Shown one piece after another: positions 40,301 through 51,568 of a stretch of 64,000 nt of DNA. This stretch comes from Rhizaria sp. SCN 62-66 (lineage: Eukaryota). The DNA lies in contig MEDY01000023.1 of assembly GCA_001724265.1 (NCBI GenBank), positions 62,001 to 126,000 of the forward strand, written 5' to 3'. The notes beneath the pieces were generated by a model that was not told where the DNA came from, made no database searches, and worked only from the letters and a program-made list of their open reading frames with translations. The position numbers were made by a program, and so were the translations under genes. Numbering within the stretch: position 1 is the stretch's first letter; every line of letters starts with the position of its first letter.

Positions 40301-41446
40301 GCCTGTGCGGTAAGGAGGAGAGAGGGTCAATAACGATTTTGTGAACTATCACGACTGAATTAATATACAAAAGCACGTTATTGATACCATATCTGAACAG
40401 CATTCATTTTGACGGTCATCATGCGACGAACAGGAAGTTCTCGATTGGCGGACGCTCTTGCCTACTGGGCGAGCGAAAAACGAGTACTCCGCTGCCAGCC
40501 TTTAACGCGATCTTCAAGTGACCAGAGGTCATATCTTCTTTCCTCACGCTGTAAATACGCGTGCAAAATCGAAAAATCAAGTTTCACAAAAGTTATCAGC
40601 AAATTGCGGTGACTATAAACAATCTTTATTCAGAACCGACGATTGGTACCGAAGATATACTTGAAAACATACCACTTCATCAGCACTGTCGTTTTCTCTG
40701 TCATTGCTATGTTTTATGTCTAAACGCATGTAATCAACACTGAAGACAAAATACCGCGGTGGCATTGTATGCTCAACCATGAAGTATTTATATATCTTGT
40801 TTATATGAGTATTTCAGCAATCCTCATATCCCCACACACTCAAACGTGCATCTCAAAGTACCACTTCCGACCGATATACGCTCTTGATTGGTAAACGCAC
40901 CCGAAACTTCGATGTCTCAACTCCCCTGAACGTCTGACAGCTACCAGACCCTATTCTAACTGCACCTTACGCAATCGGAGCAAACATACCGTGGACTCGA
41001 TCTGCTTGTCTGTCGCCGTCCGCCACAGCGATCAGCCTGAGGGTCGTTTCGTCCGGCGATTGCGGCTAGGTACATGGGCGGACGAATCATTTGAGATATT
41101 CAGCGATGATAAAGACTGATTGCAAATGTTTTTAATTTTTATGGTAACAATTAACTTACTAATGCGTATTGTAATTATTTATTATTCTTACGATCGAAGT
41201 TTAAGTGGGATTTCACATCTCTCGACTGAGGCGTTAGTCGTCGAACTGTCTCGCGTAACTCGACCTTTGCATAATTATCACAACATTAGCATAGCGTTTC
41301 GTTGATAATTCTTACAATTTCCTATGCTAACCTCACATTTGTACATGAAACATTGATAATCTTTAGCCTTTCGCTTTGTTTTGCTCTCATCGCAACTCAA
41401 ACAGTATTTCCACAACTGTGTCGTGCGACTCCCAGAATTGCCACAA

Positions 41447-44400
41447 ATGTCAGCTGCCACACCTGTTGCGTCCGCTGCGAACGTTGCGGGTCTTGACCCG
41501 TCGCTTATTGCTGGCGTTCCTGTTGAGTTTTCACCGCCCGCTGAGGAGGAAATGGTTAACCCCACGGATATCTACACCTTCATCCGCCGTCTCGGAGCAG
41601 GCACCTACGGACAAGTACGTTTCAACAAAAACGCGATAATGATGCCATGGACTGTTTTCATTGCTTGTAAATATAAGATAACCCCTAAATGCACGTATAT
41701 CTAGGTTTACCATTGGAATACCTCACGATTCCGACCGATGTCTCCTTCTCGCGCCTTCCCCGCACTCTTTCTGTGAACTTTGCCACTCACCCAACAACAG
41801 GTCTACCACGCCACCGACAAGCGCACCCAGCGCGACGTCGCGATCAAGATCCTCCCACTTTCGCGTCAAAATGAGGCCGAAATTGTGACGTACGAGCGCG
41901 AGGTTTCTGTCCTGCAGGCGGGCTCGACCTCGCCGTACGTCGTGAACCTGATCGAAACGTACATGTTCGACTCTGAAGTCTGGATCGTCATGGAGTACTG
42001 TGGCGCCGGCGCACTGGAGAGCATTCTCATCGACTCCGCGGGCCGCCCACAGCCGCTGTCAGAGGACGAGGCCGCCGCGGTAATCAAGATGCTCCTGCTG
42101 GGGCTTCTGCACCTGCACCAGAGGCGCAAGATTCACCGTGACGTCAAGGGCGCAAACGTCCTCGTCACAGCCCGCGGCGAGTGCAAGTACGTCAATAGGA
42201 CAAAGCTGAATGAAAAAAATATAATGGCTTTTAGCGAACTTCAAGTTCAATATACTTCAGTGTTTTTCCAATTTATTGTGAAGTCTGTATCATTGTCAAA
42301 ACTATGCTCACACACACTCTGCATGCTCCTGTCACGCCTTGCTTTGCTAGGCTCGCCGACTTTGGCTTGAGCGCGCTGCTCGACACGACGATGGGCAACG
42401 CAAACTCTCTTTGTGGTACGCCCTTTTACGTTGCACCCGAAGTCTGCAAGCGTCGGCCGTACAATGCCAAGTGTGACATCTGGTCTCTCGGCGTTCTCAC
42501 TTACGTCCTCCTCGTTGGACACGTGCCATACCAACTTCGCCACATGAAGGTACGCGGAAATCCAACAGAACGCAATTCCAACTTAAATTTACGTTTTAAC
42601 TCGTTTTTGCAATGTTATTAGATGTTATATCTGACTTTAAGTGTTCACTGCCGCCGATATCTCAAACACAAGCCCGTATTCGCATTATTTCTCCCCCGCG
42701 CAGCCTCTGGAAGTTCTGCGCGCAATTCCCACCGCGTCGCCCGACCTGTGGTACCTGCCCGGCATGCCCGACGGTCACAGCCGCTTTACACCGAGCATGG
42801 AGGCCTTCTGGCGCGACTCGGTGCACGTGCCCCCGCGCCGCGGCTGGTCCCCAGCCGTCTCAGACTTCCTCGCCTGCTGCTTCCACCACAACCCCGAGAA
42901 GCGGTGGCGCGCGGACGAGCTCCTCACCCACGTCTGGATTACACGCGTGCCTCGCTTGCGCTTTGCCGACGTCCCCGCGCGCGACGCGTCTGGCGTTGTT
43001 ACCGTCAAGCGCATGCTCACTGTGATGCCCACCGAGCCCTGTCCGCCCGACGTCGGCGGGTCTTACCCCACCAGCAGCGGCACGCGCCCCGGTCCGCAGG
43101 TCTGCGGCTGGGCAATGTTCCAGGACGACCATGGCATGGGCGCGCGTGCAACGATCGAGCGCCACGTGCGCCGCATCATTGCCAACATCACCGCGGGGCT
43201 CCAGACCAAGAACTTCACCGAGACCGGGCGCGATCGCATCGTCAAGAAGCCACGCGGCGAAGTCCTCGAGTTCAAGCGCGGCTCTACCGCCGTGCCGCCC
43301 ACGGCGGAGCGCATTGCAATGGCGGTAATGCTGGAGGAGCGCGAGAGGGCCAGCGTTGCAGAGCAAACGCGCCGCGCGTTGGAGGAGTCCGCAGCGGCGT
43401 TGAGCGCTAAAGAAGCCGAAGCCAAGAGCAAAGAGGACGCCGCCGAGGGCGTCGCCGCCGTCGCGAGCGCGTTGCACCACGGGTATAAGCACGCGCATAC
43501 CGCCACCTCTGTGTCCGGCTCCGGCGGGGCGGCAGCTGTGTACAGCGCGATCGCGACTGCGGTGGGTAACGTGCAAGTCCACTCCGACGCCGCGAACACT
43601 GCGCACAGCGTCGTCACTGTCGACAGCCACGTGACCTCAGAGAACGCGCACGACAACGCCGCCCACAACCACTACGCACACGGACAGCGCCGCGGACGCA
43701 GTCGCCGTGACCAGCAGCAACAGCAGCTGGAACAACAGCAGCAACAGCAGCTGCAGCAGGATCGTAACCGCTCCCCGTCCTCGGCCTCGGCCGCGGCCAC
43801 CGCCGAGCGCGCCGCCATCGCTGCCGCGAGCGCCGCCGTGTACACCAACACCATTGCGGTGGCCAACGCGGAGCTGCAGGAGACGATCGCCCGCGGCCGC
43901 GCACTGGCAGCGGACCGCGCGCAGCAGCGCGAGATGGCATTCGCCGCGGAACGCGATCGGCTGCGAGACGCTGCGCAGACCGAGGCGCGCGCCTTCGAGC
44001 GTGGCGTTACGGAGGCCACCGCAGCGGGCGCCGCCGCCGCGCTTGCGGTCGGCGTGCCGACAACCGCGCTGCTAAGCGCTATGAGCACTGACTTAGCGCA
44101 GTACGCGGCGAATGGAGTCGCGGGCGCCACGCAGACGATGCTGGTGCGGCGCGTCGGCGGTGTCGGCAGCGACGACACGGGTGACTACTTCCCCAACCGC
44201 GCCTGGCTCAACGGCGCGTGTCGCAGTGTCGACTTCGTGAACCTGCTCGTGCGCGACGTGCGTCGCGCGACCGAGGACGCGCACCGGTTCGAGCGCGCGA
44301 AGGCCTACTGGGACCGCGAGTACATCGCGGCGGGCAGCACGAGCGCGGCCGCCACGGCGGCGGCGGTGCAGGCCGCCACGGGTGTCATTGAGGGCACGTG

Positions 44401-46998
44401 CCACCCTGACGACGCGTTGGCCGCTGCCACAGTCGCCGCGGACGTCGCACTCCGCGAGCAGGTCTGGGAAACAAGCCGCGCGCTCGCCATCACTGCGGTC
44501 TCATTTGCCACGGCGCTGGCACAGTACGCGCGCGCTGTGCTGCGGCTGTCGGCAACAATGTCACATGAGGCCGTATGCCAGTTGCAGTCGCTTGAGCTCT
44601 ACACGGCCCACAACAACCTCCTCGTCGCCGAGATCCAGCTTCAGGTACGTGACGTGTCACATCACCACAAAGGATATTTGCGCTATAATTTATAACCTAT
44701 TTATTAATTGATTTTATCACTTATTTACTCCCATTTGATGATATGTTCTATTCTCACCGTTTTATTTTAACATTTTGTTCCTTCATTTTGTTCTTTTGTT
44801 GTTTTTCTTAGGTGCGCGGCACGAGTGCGACGCTGGCCGCGGCGGCGTTCGACGGCATCGGCCCGGACGAAGTGACATCTTGGCTCGCCAACTCCGGTCT
44901 GCTGCTCCACGGGCGATGGGCCAAGCCCTACGTGCCGGGCCTGCAGCGCGGCTGTGATGATAGGACTGAGAACTATCTGCGTCGGTGCATGCACGTCGAC
45001 CGTTACCGAGCGTCTCTGGCAGAGACGCAGCAGCAACGCGACGCCGCACTACGCGAGCTCGCCACCGAGGTTAAGCGGCAAGAGCGCGCGCTTATGCATG
45101 CGACCAACGGCACTGGCGACGCGAGCAGTTCCCCCGAAGCAGCGGCGCGCGCGCAGGCGTATGCAAACGCACAGGCCAACTTGTTGCTGCTGCAAGGACA
45201 GGCCGACGCGTTTGCGTACGCACGCGAGACGTGTCAGGGCGCCGGCGGCCGCACTGTGCAGCTGTTTGCGAGCGCTGGTTTTACCGGCGACGCACATGCG
45301 CAGTCATCGAGCAACGCCGCTACTGCCACAACTGCCGCTAACACTTACAGCAACGCGAGTGGTGGCAACTACAGTTTCTCGGCGGCCGCCGCGAACATGG
45401 CTGCCGCCGAGGCCGCCGTTGCCGCCGCCGCCGCGCAGGCCGCCAGCAACGGCTGCCTCAGCAGCGTGATTATGATGGGCGCTGATATCGGCCCTCCAGT
45501 CTGCGGTAGTAGCATCAACCGCTCGGGCAGCCAAAGTGTGCACAGCAGCGGCTCCAGCGGCCGGGAACAGCAGCGCTCTAGCCGTGGCAGCAGCAGCAGA
45601 GGCAGCAGCACCGGCAGCGGCGGCCGCGGGCAGGTTGCCACGTCCGGCGGCAGCAGCGGCGGCGGCAGCGACTCGCAGCAGTCGTGGCACGCGCCCGTGC
45701 CGAATCAGGCGCCGGCTGAGTTCATCGTGCCCCACAAGCGGCTGATCAAGATTGCGCAGGACGAGGATGACCACGAGGAGTTCACTGCCGCCGCGGAGGC
45801 CGCAGCGGCCGCGGCTTCGAACGCCATTGCGCAGCGTCAGGCCGAGGAGCAGCAACAGCAGGAGCAACAAATGCTCGAGCTCCAGCTGCAGCAGCAGCAG
45901 ATCAAACTGTACAAACAGCACCAGAAGCTGCAGACGCAGCAACAGCGGATCGACGAGCAGATGCAGCGCTACGCGCGCGAGACGGATCAGCACGCCAACG
46001 CGCAAACTGAGGCGTTTTTCACAGTGCCCGCGGTCGCGAGTTGCGCCAATGATGGCTCGGCCAACAGCTCTAACACCGACACGCATACCAAGAACGGCGG
46101 ACTCGGCTCCCTTGCCGTCACCGCGGCTACTGCTGCACCTGTTGCCATCGTCGCCTCCTATGCGCACGGTCGCACTCACGGCCACGGTCAAATCAACACT
46201 GGCAGCCACGGCTCCCGTGCTGCTGCCGCGGCGGCGCTATCAAACGGCAACGCCGCGCGCGCCAACACCGTCACCGCAATGAGCGACGAGCCCGACGCGG
46301 CCGCGCTGGCCGCCGCTGTCGTGGGCGCGGACGCAAGCACCGTCAGCACAGTGCACATGTCGACCACGCACCCGTCGCAGGGCCGGCCACGCGCCGCCAC
46401 TATCACTGTCTCCGTCGCCGCCACTGCCGCTGTTAACAAAGTTCACCATCAACAACAGCTGCAGCAACAGCAGCATCAGCATATGGCGATGGGCAATGAC
46501 TCTAGCTCAGGTGTGTCCGAGTTTGTCTCGTGCTCCGGCTTCAGCAGCACAAACAGCAGCGGCAGCGCCGCTGGTACCGATGCTGTTCACGGTCACTCTA
46601 CTCACGGTCATTCGACCGGCGACGAGACGGCCGAGCCGACCACGCTTGGCGACCTCGACTCCAGCAACGGCGACATCATCAACGGCCACGATGTGAACAC
46701 GATGAACAACCCGGAGTGTCACATCAGCGCAGTCCGCCGTAGCGGGCGTGCGCGCGGTAACAGCGCCGCTGGCGCCAACGGCAATACTGGTGGCTACACA
46801 AGCGGCAACGACAGTGACACGACGTCGCCGCAGTCGCCGGCGATGGTGCCTGTGTCACTGCTCAAGAACAACGTCAGCCAACAGCAGCACCAGCTGCAGC
46901 AACAAAAAAGCAGTGGAAGCGGCAGCGGTGAAGGCGGCAGCTCTCTGATGTGTGACTTGACTTTCGGCAGTCTCGATATGAGCATGCAGCGCGCCTAA
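41447..46998 (+). CDS. STE20-type Ser/Thr protein kinase with a long C-terminal extension. Exons 41447-41614, 41801-42186, 42351-42549, 42704-44644, 44812-46998
   Basis: Splicing restores the kinase motifs LGAGTYGQ|VY, VAIK, VWIVMEYCGAG, HRDVKGANVL, CK|LADFG, GTPFYVAPE and DIWSLG. Four introns are phase-consistent. Ends TAA. Confidence 0.88.
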
Positions 46999-47726
46999 GG
47001 GTCACTCTCGACACACTAAGTACCTCGCTGCCGTTTAAGTGCCCTCTTAGTCAAGTAATTCCTATGTAAGTACACCCCGTCTCAGTATATCTGAGATACA
47101 ACACACATCTTTGCTGTTTTGCAACTCGCTTTGTTGTACAGTTGCAACCTTTGTTAACTCTCTCTGTGCTTTTTAAGTGACATTAAGTGTCAAATGTTTC
47201 CAAGAGCGTGCGATTCTTTTCGAAGCATATCTGAGTTCCCATTGGCGTTTATACCTGCTTTTGATCGCAGCTCTTTTTTTGTTTGCTAGTTTTTCTTTCA
47301 GTGGTACTGTTTGCTTCCGTGCCCTAACTTGTTTCTGTCTCTTTTCATCGCACCAGTCACTCAATGTGTATCTTCAAGTCGGCCGATCTGAGTCAACTGC
47401 CCTATCTCTTTTCGTAGTGTCACTTGGTGTGGTGTGTTTTGTTTTCGTCTATTGTCTTCTTTTGTTGTCTTGAACAAAGAAATTATTTCTCCTATGATGT
47501 TGTAAAGCTATGTCCTTCATGGACTTAATCTAACCATCGGTCCTTCGTATGATGGCGCTCTGGACCGAGGTCGAGAGGGATTTGGTTTAAGTCAAGTTGG
47601 CAACAAAATACAGATTTGCGACCTGAATTCACGCTAAAACGGGCCGGAACACAGCTTATTTATCGTAATTGTAATTGTATTAGCAGTAAAATAGTTTATC
47701 GCACTTCTTAACGCATCGAGTTGACT

Positions 47727-47760
47727 TGCAATCTATACCACAGTGCAATCTATACCACAG
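47727..47760. repeat. 17-bp perfect tandem duplication (TGCAATCTATACCACAG x2)
   Basis: Read directly from the sequence. Confidence 0.85.
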
Positions 47761-48129
47761 TAGTTTGACCACCCAAGTCGACGCCATTAAGGTAGTTTCC
47801 GACTGCCATGGCGGAGAACTTCCTTGCGCTGCCAAAGAAGGCATAGAAAGATATCAAGAAGGTCATCCGTGCCTATGTTGCCCGCATCAGGGGGAGGCGC
47901 GAAACAAGTAGAAGGTCTATAAGTCTAAAATGCCACGATCCGAGTATAGTAAGTCCCTACGTCGCAAGTGAGGTTTTGTGCGCATTCCTTGCAGTCTGCA
48001 GGGAACGCCATGACCTTTTAGAGAGAGCAGTGTGGAGGGTCCAAGGAGAGAGTTGACAGAGGGGGCAGGAGTTCGATGTGATAACAATGAGCTTAGAAAA
48101 AGAAATACAAATACAACTATTATAAGCAC

Positions 48130-48978
48130 TTAATACACTATGGCGCTTAATAACATTCCCGGTGACAACTCACTAAGTGTCGCAGCGCCGGCGTCTCCCC
48201 ATGGCTGAACGCCAGAACCTAGATCCGGAAGTGGCGAAAGCAGAACTAGCCGTGGCACGCGCTCAAGCTTATCTCGATAAGCCATTATCACTTGTTGCCC
48301 GCGGAACTGACCTACCGCAGCAGCATCAAAGCCGTTGTTGTTGTTATTGACGCCGTTAGAACGCATGAGTGTGAAACCTGCGCCGTTGTTACGGTAGTTG
48401 TGATTGCTCGGGGCACTGAACGCAGCGACAACAGTGCCTGAACCCGCGTCAGCCCTGCCGCCACTGGGCTGCGGCGGCAGAGCTGTGGGCACGTTGGCCG
48501 GCTCCGGAGGCGTGATCTGGATTGGCTGTGACCGTGAGGGCGAGACGCCGCCAGGATTGGATAGACGCGGGTCAAGAGGAATGTTCTGGATATATCCTCC
48601 GTTAGCGCCTAAACAAGTAAAATGCAGTAGTATAGGGTAGAAGCGGACTATGACCGCTTCTACCCTCGACTACTATGCATTGAAAGAATGAGCGTGCACT
48701 GTCAGCTTCTTATCACTTTATGTATTAATACTCAAGACGACAATCAGTGTATGCTAGTTATTGGAGCAATAGGCCAATTACAATGTGAGCTCAACTGAAC
48801 TGAACGGAGAATACAGACATGATTTAAAGGATTTTTGTATTTGTCAGGTGCTTTCCTCTTTCCCTCAACATACGCCGCAGCATACTCGTCAGTCATGTCG
48901 TTATATTATTGTTATAAATAGGAGTAGACACTAACCAACTCTGCGAGTGTTGCCGAGAGCAAGAAGCAAAGATAGCAT
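48130..48978 (-). CDS. Possible hypothetical gene, structure uncertain; open exon ~48608-48174
   Basis: An open frame (ANGGYIQNIPLDPRLSNPGG...NNNNNGFDAAAVG...) follows a TTGTTTAG acceptor at 48609. A phase-matching GTTAGT donor at 48935 would add MLSLLLALGNTRRV. The 3' end is unresolved. Confidence 0.3.
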
Positions 48979-49043
48979 TAGTAACCCAGGCGCAGCGCAG
49001 TGACAGGGAGCCGCTCTGGCGCAGCAGCCGGGGGTTCCGCATC

Positions 49044-49098
49044 CACACACACACACACACACACGCACACACACACAAACACGCACGCACATACACAC
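49044..49098. repeat. Imperfect (CA)n microsatellite
   Basis: The sequence reads cacacacacacacacacacacgcacacacacacaaacacgcacgcacatacacac. Confidence 0.9.
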
Positions 49099-49483
49099 GG
49101 GACGCCAAACAAGGCGCCGCATAGGCGCGAGCGCGCGGTGTGCAGGTGTGATGGAGGGAAAGCGCTCTGTCGCGCCCCGCGGCTGCGAACCGCGGTTACA
49201 GCACGCTGTCTCCGGGAGAGGCGGCGTGCGACGGCGATTGTGGGGGCGACGGCAGCGGTGGCTGGGCGGGCGCGGAGAGGCCGCAAACGGCGAGCCTCGG
49301 AGCGCGGGATCGCTCAGCGCGCGCCGCCGCTCTCAAGCGCAGACGCAGGGAGGAAGGCGACAGGGACGGCGGTTAGGCAAACGAAAAAGTGGGAGGAGTT
49401 GGTCGGCGTTGTGTGGTGCGGCGACCAGTCCATTAGGCGAGGCTTGGTAGGCGAGGCTCTGTGAGAGAAGCTCAGCAAGCTGC

Positions 49484-49888
49484 TTAGTGGAAAGTGCGCT
49501 CCTGGTGGAACTTGCGCTTCTTCCACTGGTTGATGACGAAGCCAGCGCCGCCCCACATGACGCAGAGGTGGACGAAAGCGCGGCCGGGGTTCTGGACCAG
49601 AGTGGTGGTCTGTGTGCGGCAAGTAAGGGTGCGAGGCAGAGACGGAAGCATGAAGATGGACGTGAGCAAGGCGAGGGAGGATATACGGAGATTGGGAGGT
49701 GATCAAATTGAGCTCGAAGCGAGGGCGAGTCCGGATGGGCGTAAACAAGCCAAAAAGGAAGTGGGAAAGGGACGTACGGCGTAGGACTTAGCAGCATCGC
49801 AAGTGGACTTGGCAAAGCCGGAGGTGAAGATGCCGAGGGGGTTGTTGGAGCCGACCTTGCGGGACCAGAACGGGGTGACAGTGGACAT
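49484..49888 (-). CDS. Small single-TM protein, probably mitochondrial ATP synthase subunit f, 78 aa. Exons 49888-49778 and 49609-49484
   Basis: The spliced product is MSTVTPFWSRKVGSNNPLGIFTSGFAKSTCDAAKSYA|TTTLVQNPGRAFVHLCVMWGGAGFVINQWKKRKFHQERTFH. Its size, the F-x-H before a TM helix and the basic His-ending tail resemble subunit f. Codons are strongly biased to C-ending. The phase-0 intron is GTACGT...CACAG. Ends TAA. Confidence 0.55.
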
Positions 49889-50555
49889 ACCTGACTGACT
49901 GGGGGTGGTGCAAATAGGGCAAGGTCACACAGCGATGAAGTGAGCGTCAGGAGAAATGCAGGACAAACACAAGAAACAATAAAGCAAGGAACCTATAATA
50001 ATAATCCTACATTGACGTCTGCGACGGCGCTGAACCACAATAGCCTAAGCGATTAAACTCCCCAAGTCTCGCGGCTAGACTTTCTCCGCTGGCCGGTTGC
50101 CTTCAGCCAGAATTTTTGCGAACTGTACACAGCGACCGAGGGTTTGAAAAAATAGAAATCTAGGATGTAATTATATCGGTGGTGCCTCCGTCTATGGCAG
50201 TGATATTCAATTTCCAAATTTAATTTTGACGTTCCTATTTGTTTCTAAACTTAATATCCCTCTCTTGGACTTATATATGCTAGGTCGGCTTGCTTCCTAG
50301 TAACTGTGAGAGTCACCCATACGCCTCTTTATCTTCATGTCCCCGACGACCCCCGGTGCACTTTGCCGATCTCTTATGCAAGCAGCACAGTGTTCACGCA
50401 ATTCCCCGCTGTTAAAACTCCGATTTTTACTCTCTTTGCCTTCATAGACTCTCACACGCCTCCGGTACAGCTTACCTGAACGCGTCACTTCTCGAAACAC
50501 CCTTGCCCCGCCAGCCCCATTTCGCTCTCTGCACAGAAGCCTACCCACTTCTCCC

Positions 50556-51533
50556 ATGGCCACAGCCCCGCCGGGGCCACCTGGCCGCGGACCCGTCGAC
50601 CTGTTTCCGCCGTTCCACGCCGCGATTGCCTTCGACTCCGCGCGCTACGAGGCCGAACTGATCCCCGCGCTCCGCGACCGGCTCCGTGCCCATAGCGGAC
50701 GCAGTCGCATCCACCGTGCGGAGGGCAGCGGCGCTGCGCCTGCGACTGCGAACACTGTCAACGCGGTATCTGCAGCGACGCTGGCGATAGACCGGGCGGA
50801 GCTGCAGTTCCTCCGCGACAACGGCGTCCGCATCCCTAGCAATCGCCGCAATCGTAATACTCACCCTGCCAACGATAATGACGACGACGATGACGATGAT
50901 GATGATGATGATGAGTGCTACGACGCAGATGGCACGGGCCTTGGCCTTAGCATGCTGCAGATGGGATCCGGCGGCGCGGGCGCGCATAATGCAAGCCGCG
51001 TCGCGCCGTCCCCGTACACTCAACGCTACAACGCCGACACAGTCAGCCGTATTGCCCCATCGCCCTATATGCAGCGCTATAATAACGCTGCCGCAAGCGG
51101 CGCTCACGGTCACCCCGCTGCCGCCGCCGCTGCTGCTAATGCTGTTGGCGCGGGCGCGGGGGCTGCTGCTCAGAGGCATTACCTCTACGATGACGATGAT
51201 GATGACGACGATGACAGTCTCGGCAGTGGTCTCTTCGCAAACCCCACAGCCGCCGCCGCCGCCCACGGTCACGGGCACGGTCCTAACAACGCTGTGGGCG
51301 GTATCGGCGTCAGCAGCAAGCACTTGCTGTCCAGTGCAGTCGCCGCCGCAGACGCCGCGTTCGTCCCTTCGCCTTTTCCAGTTCGCACGCAGCCCCGTAA
51401 TGCAACCGCTGTTTCTAACGCCGCCAACAGCAATATCGGTCTAGTCACGCCAGCCAAGCGCCCCCTCGGCCCGCCGCTGCCGCCGCCCAGTGTCATCATG
51501 CCTGGCGGCACCGCTCCCGCCCCCACAGTCACT

Positions 51534-51568
<35 letters not shown>

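Noticed and set aside
48893-49464. Cys/Val- or Thr/His-repeat ORFs
   Set aside because: These are translations of the (CA)n microsatellite.
49885-49920. ATACCTGACTG resembling the U1 snRNA 5' end
   Set aside because: It is the reverse complement of the start region of the small minus-strand gene, and no U1 structure or Sm site was recognised.
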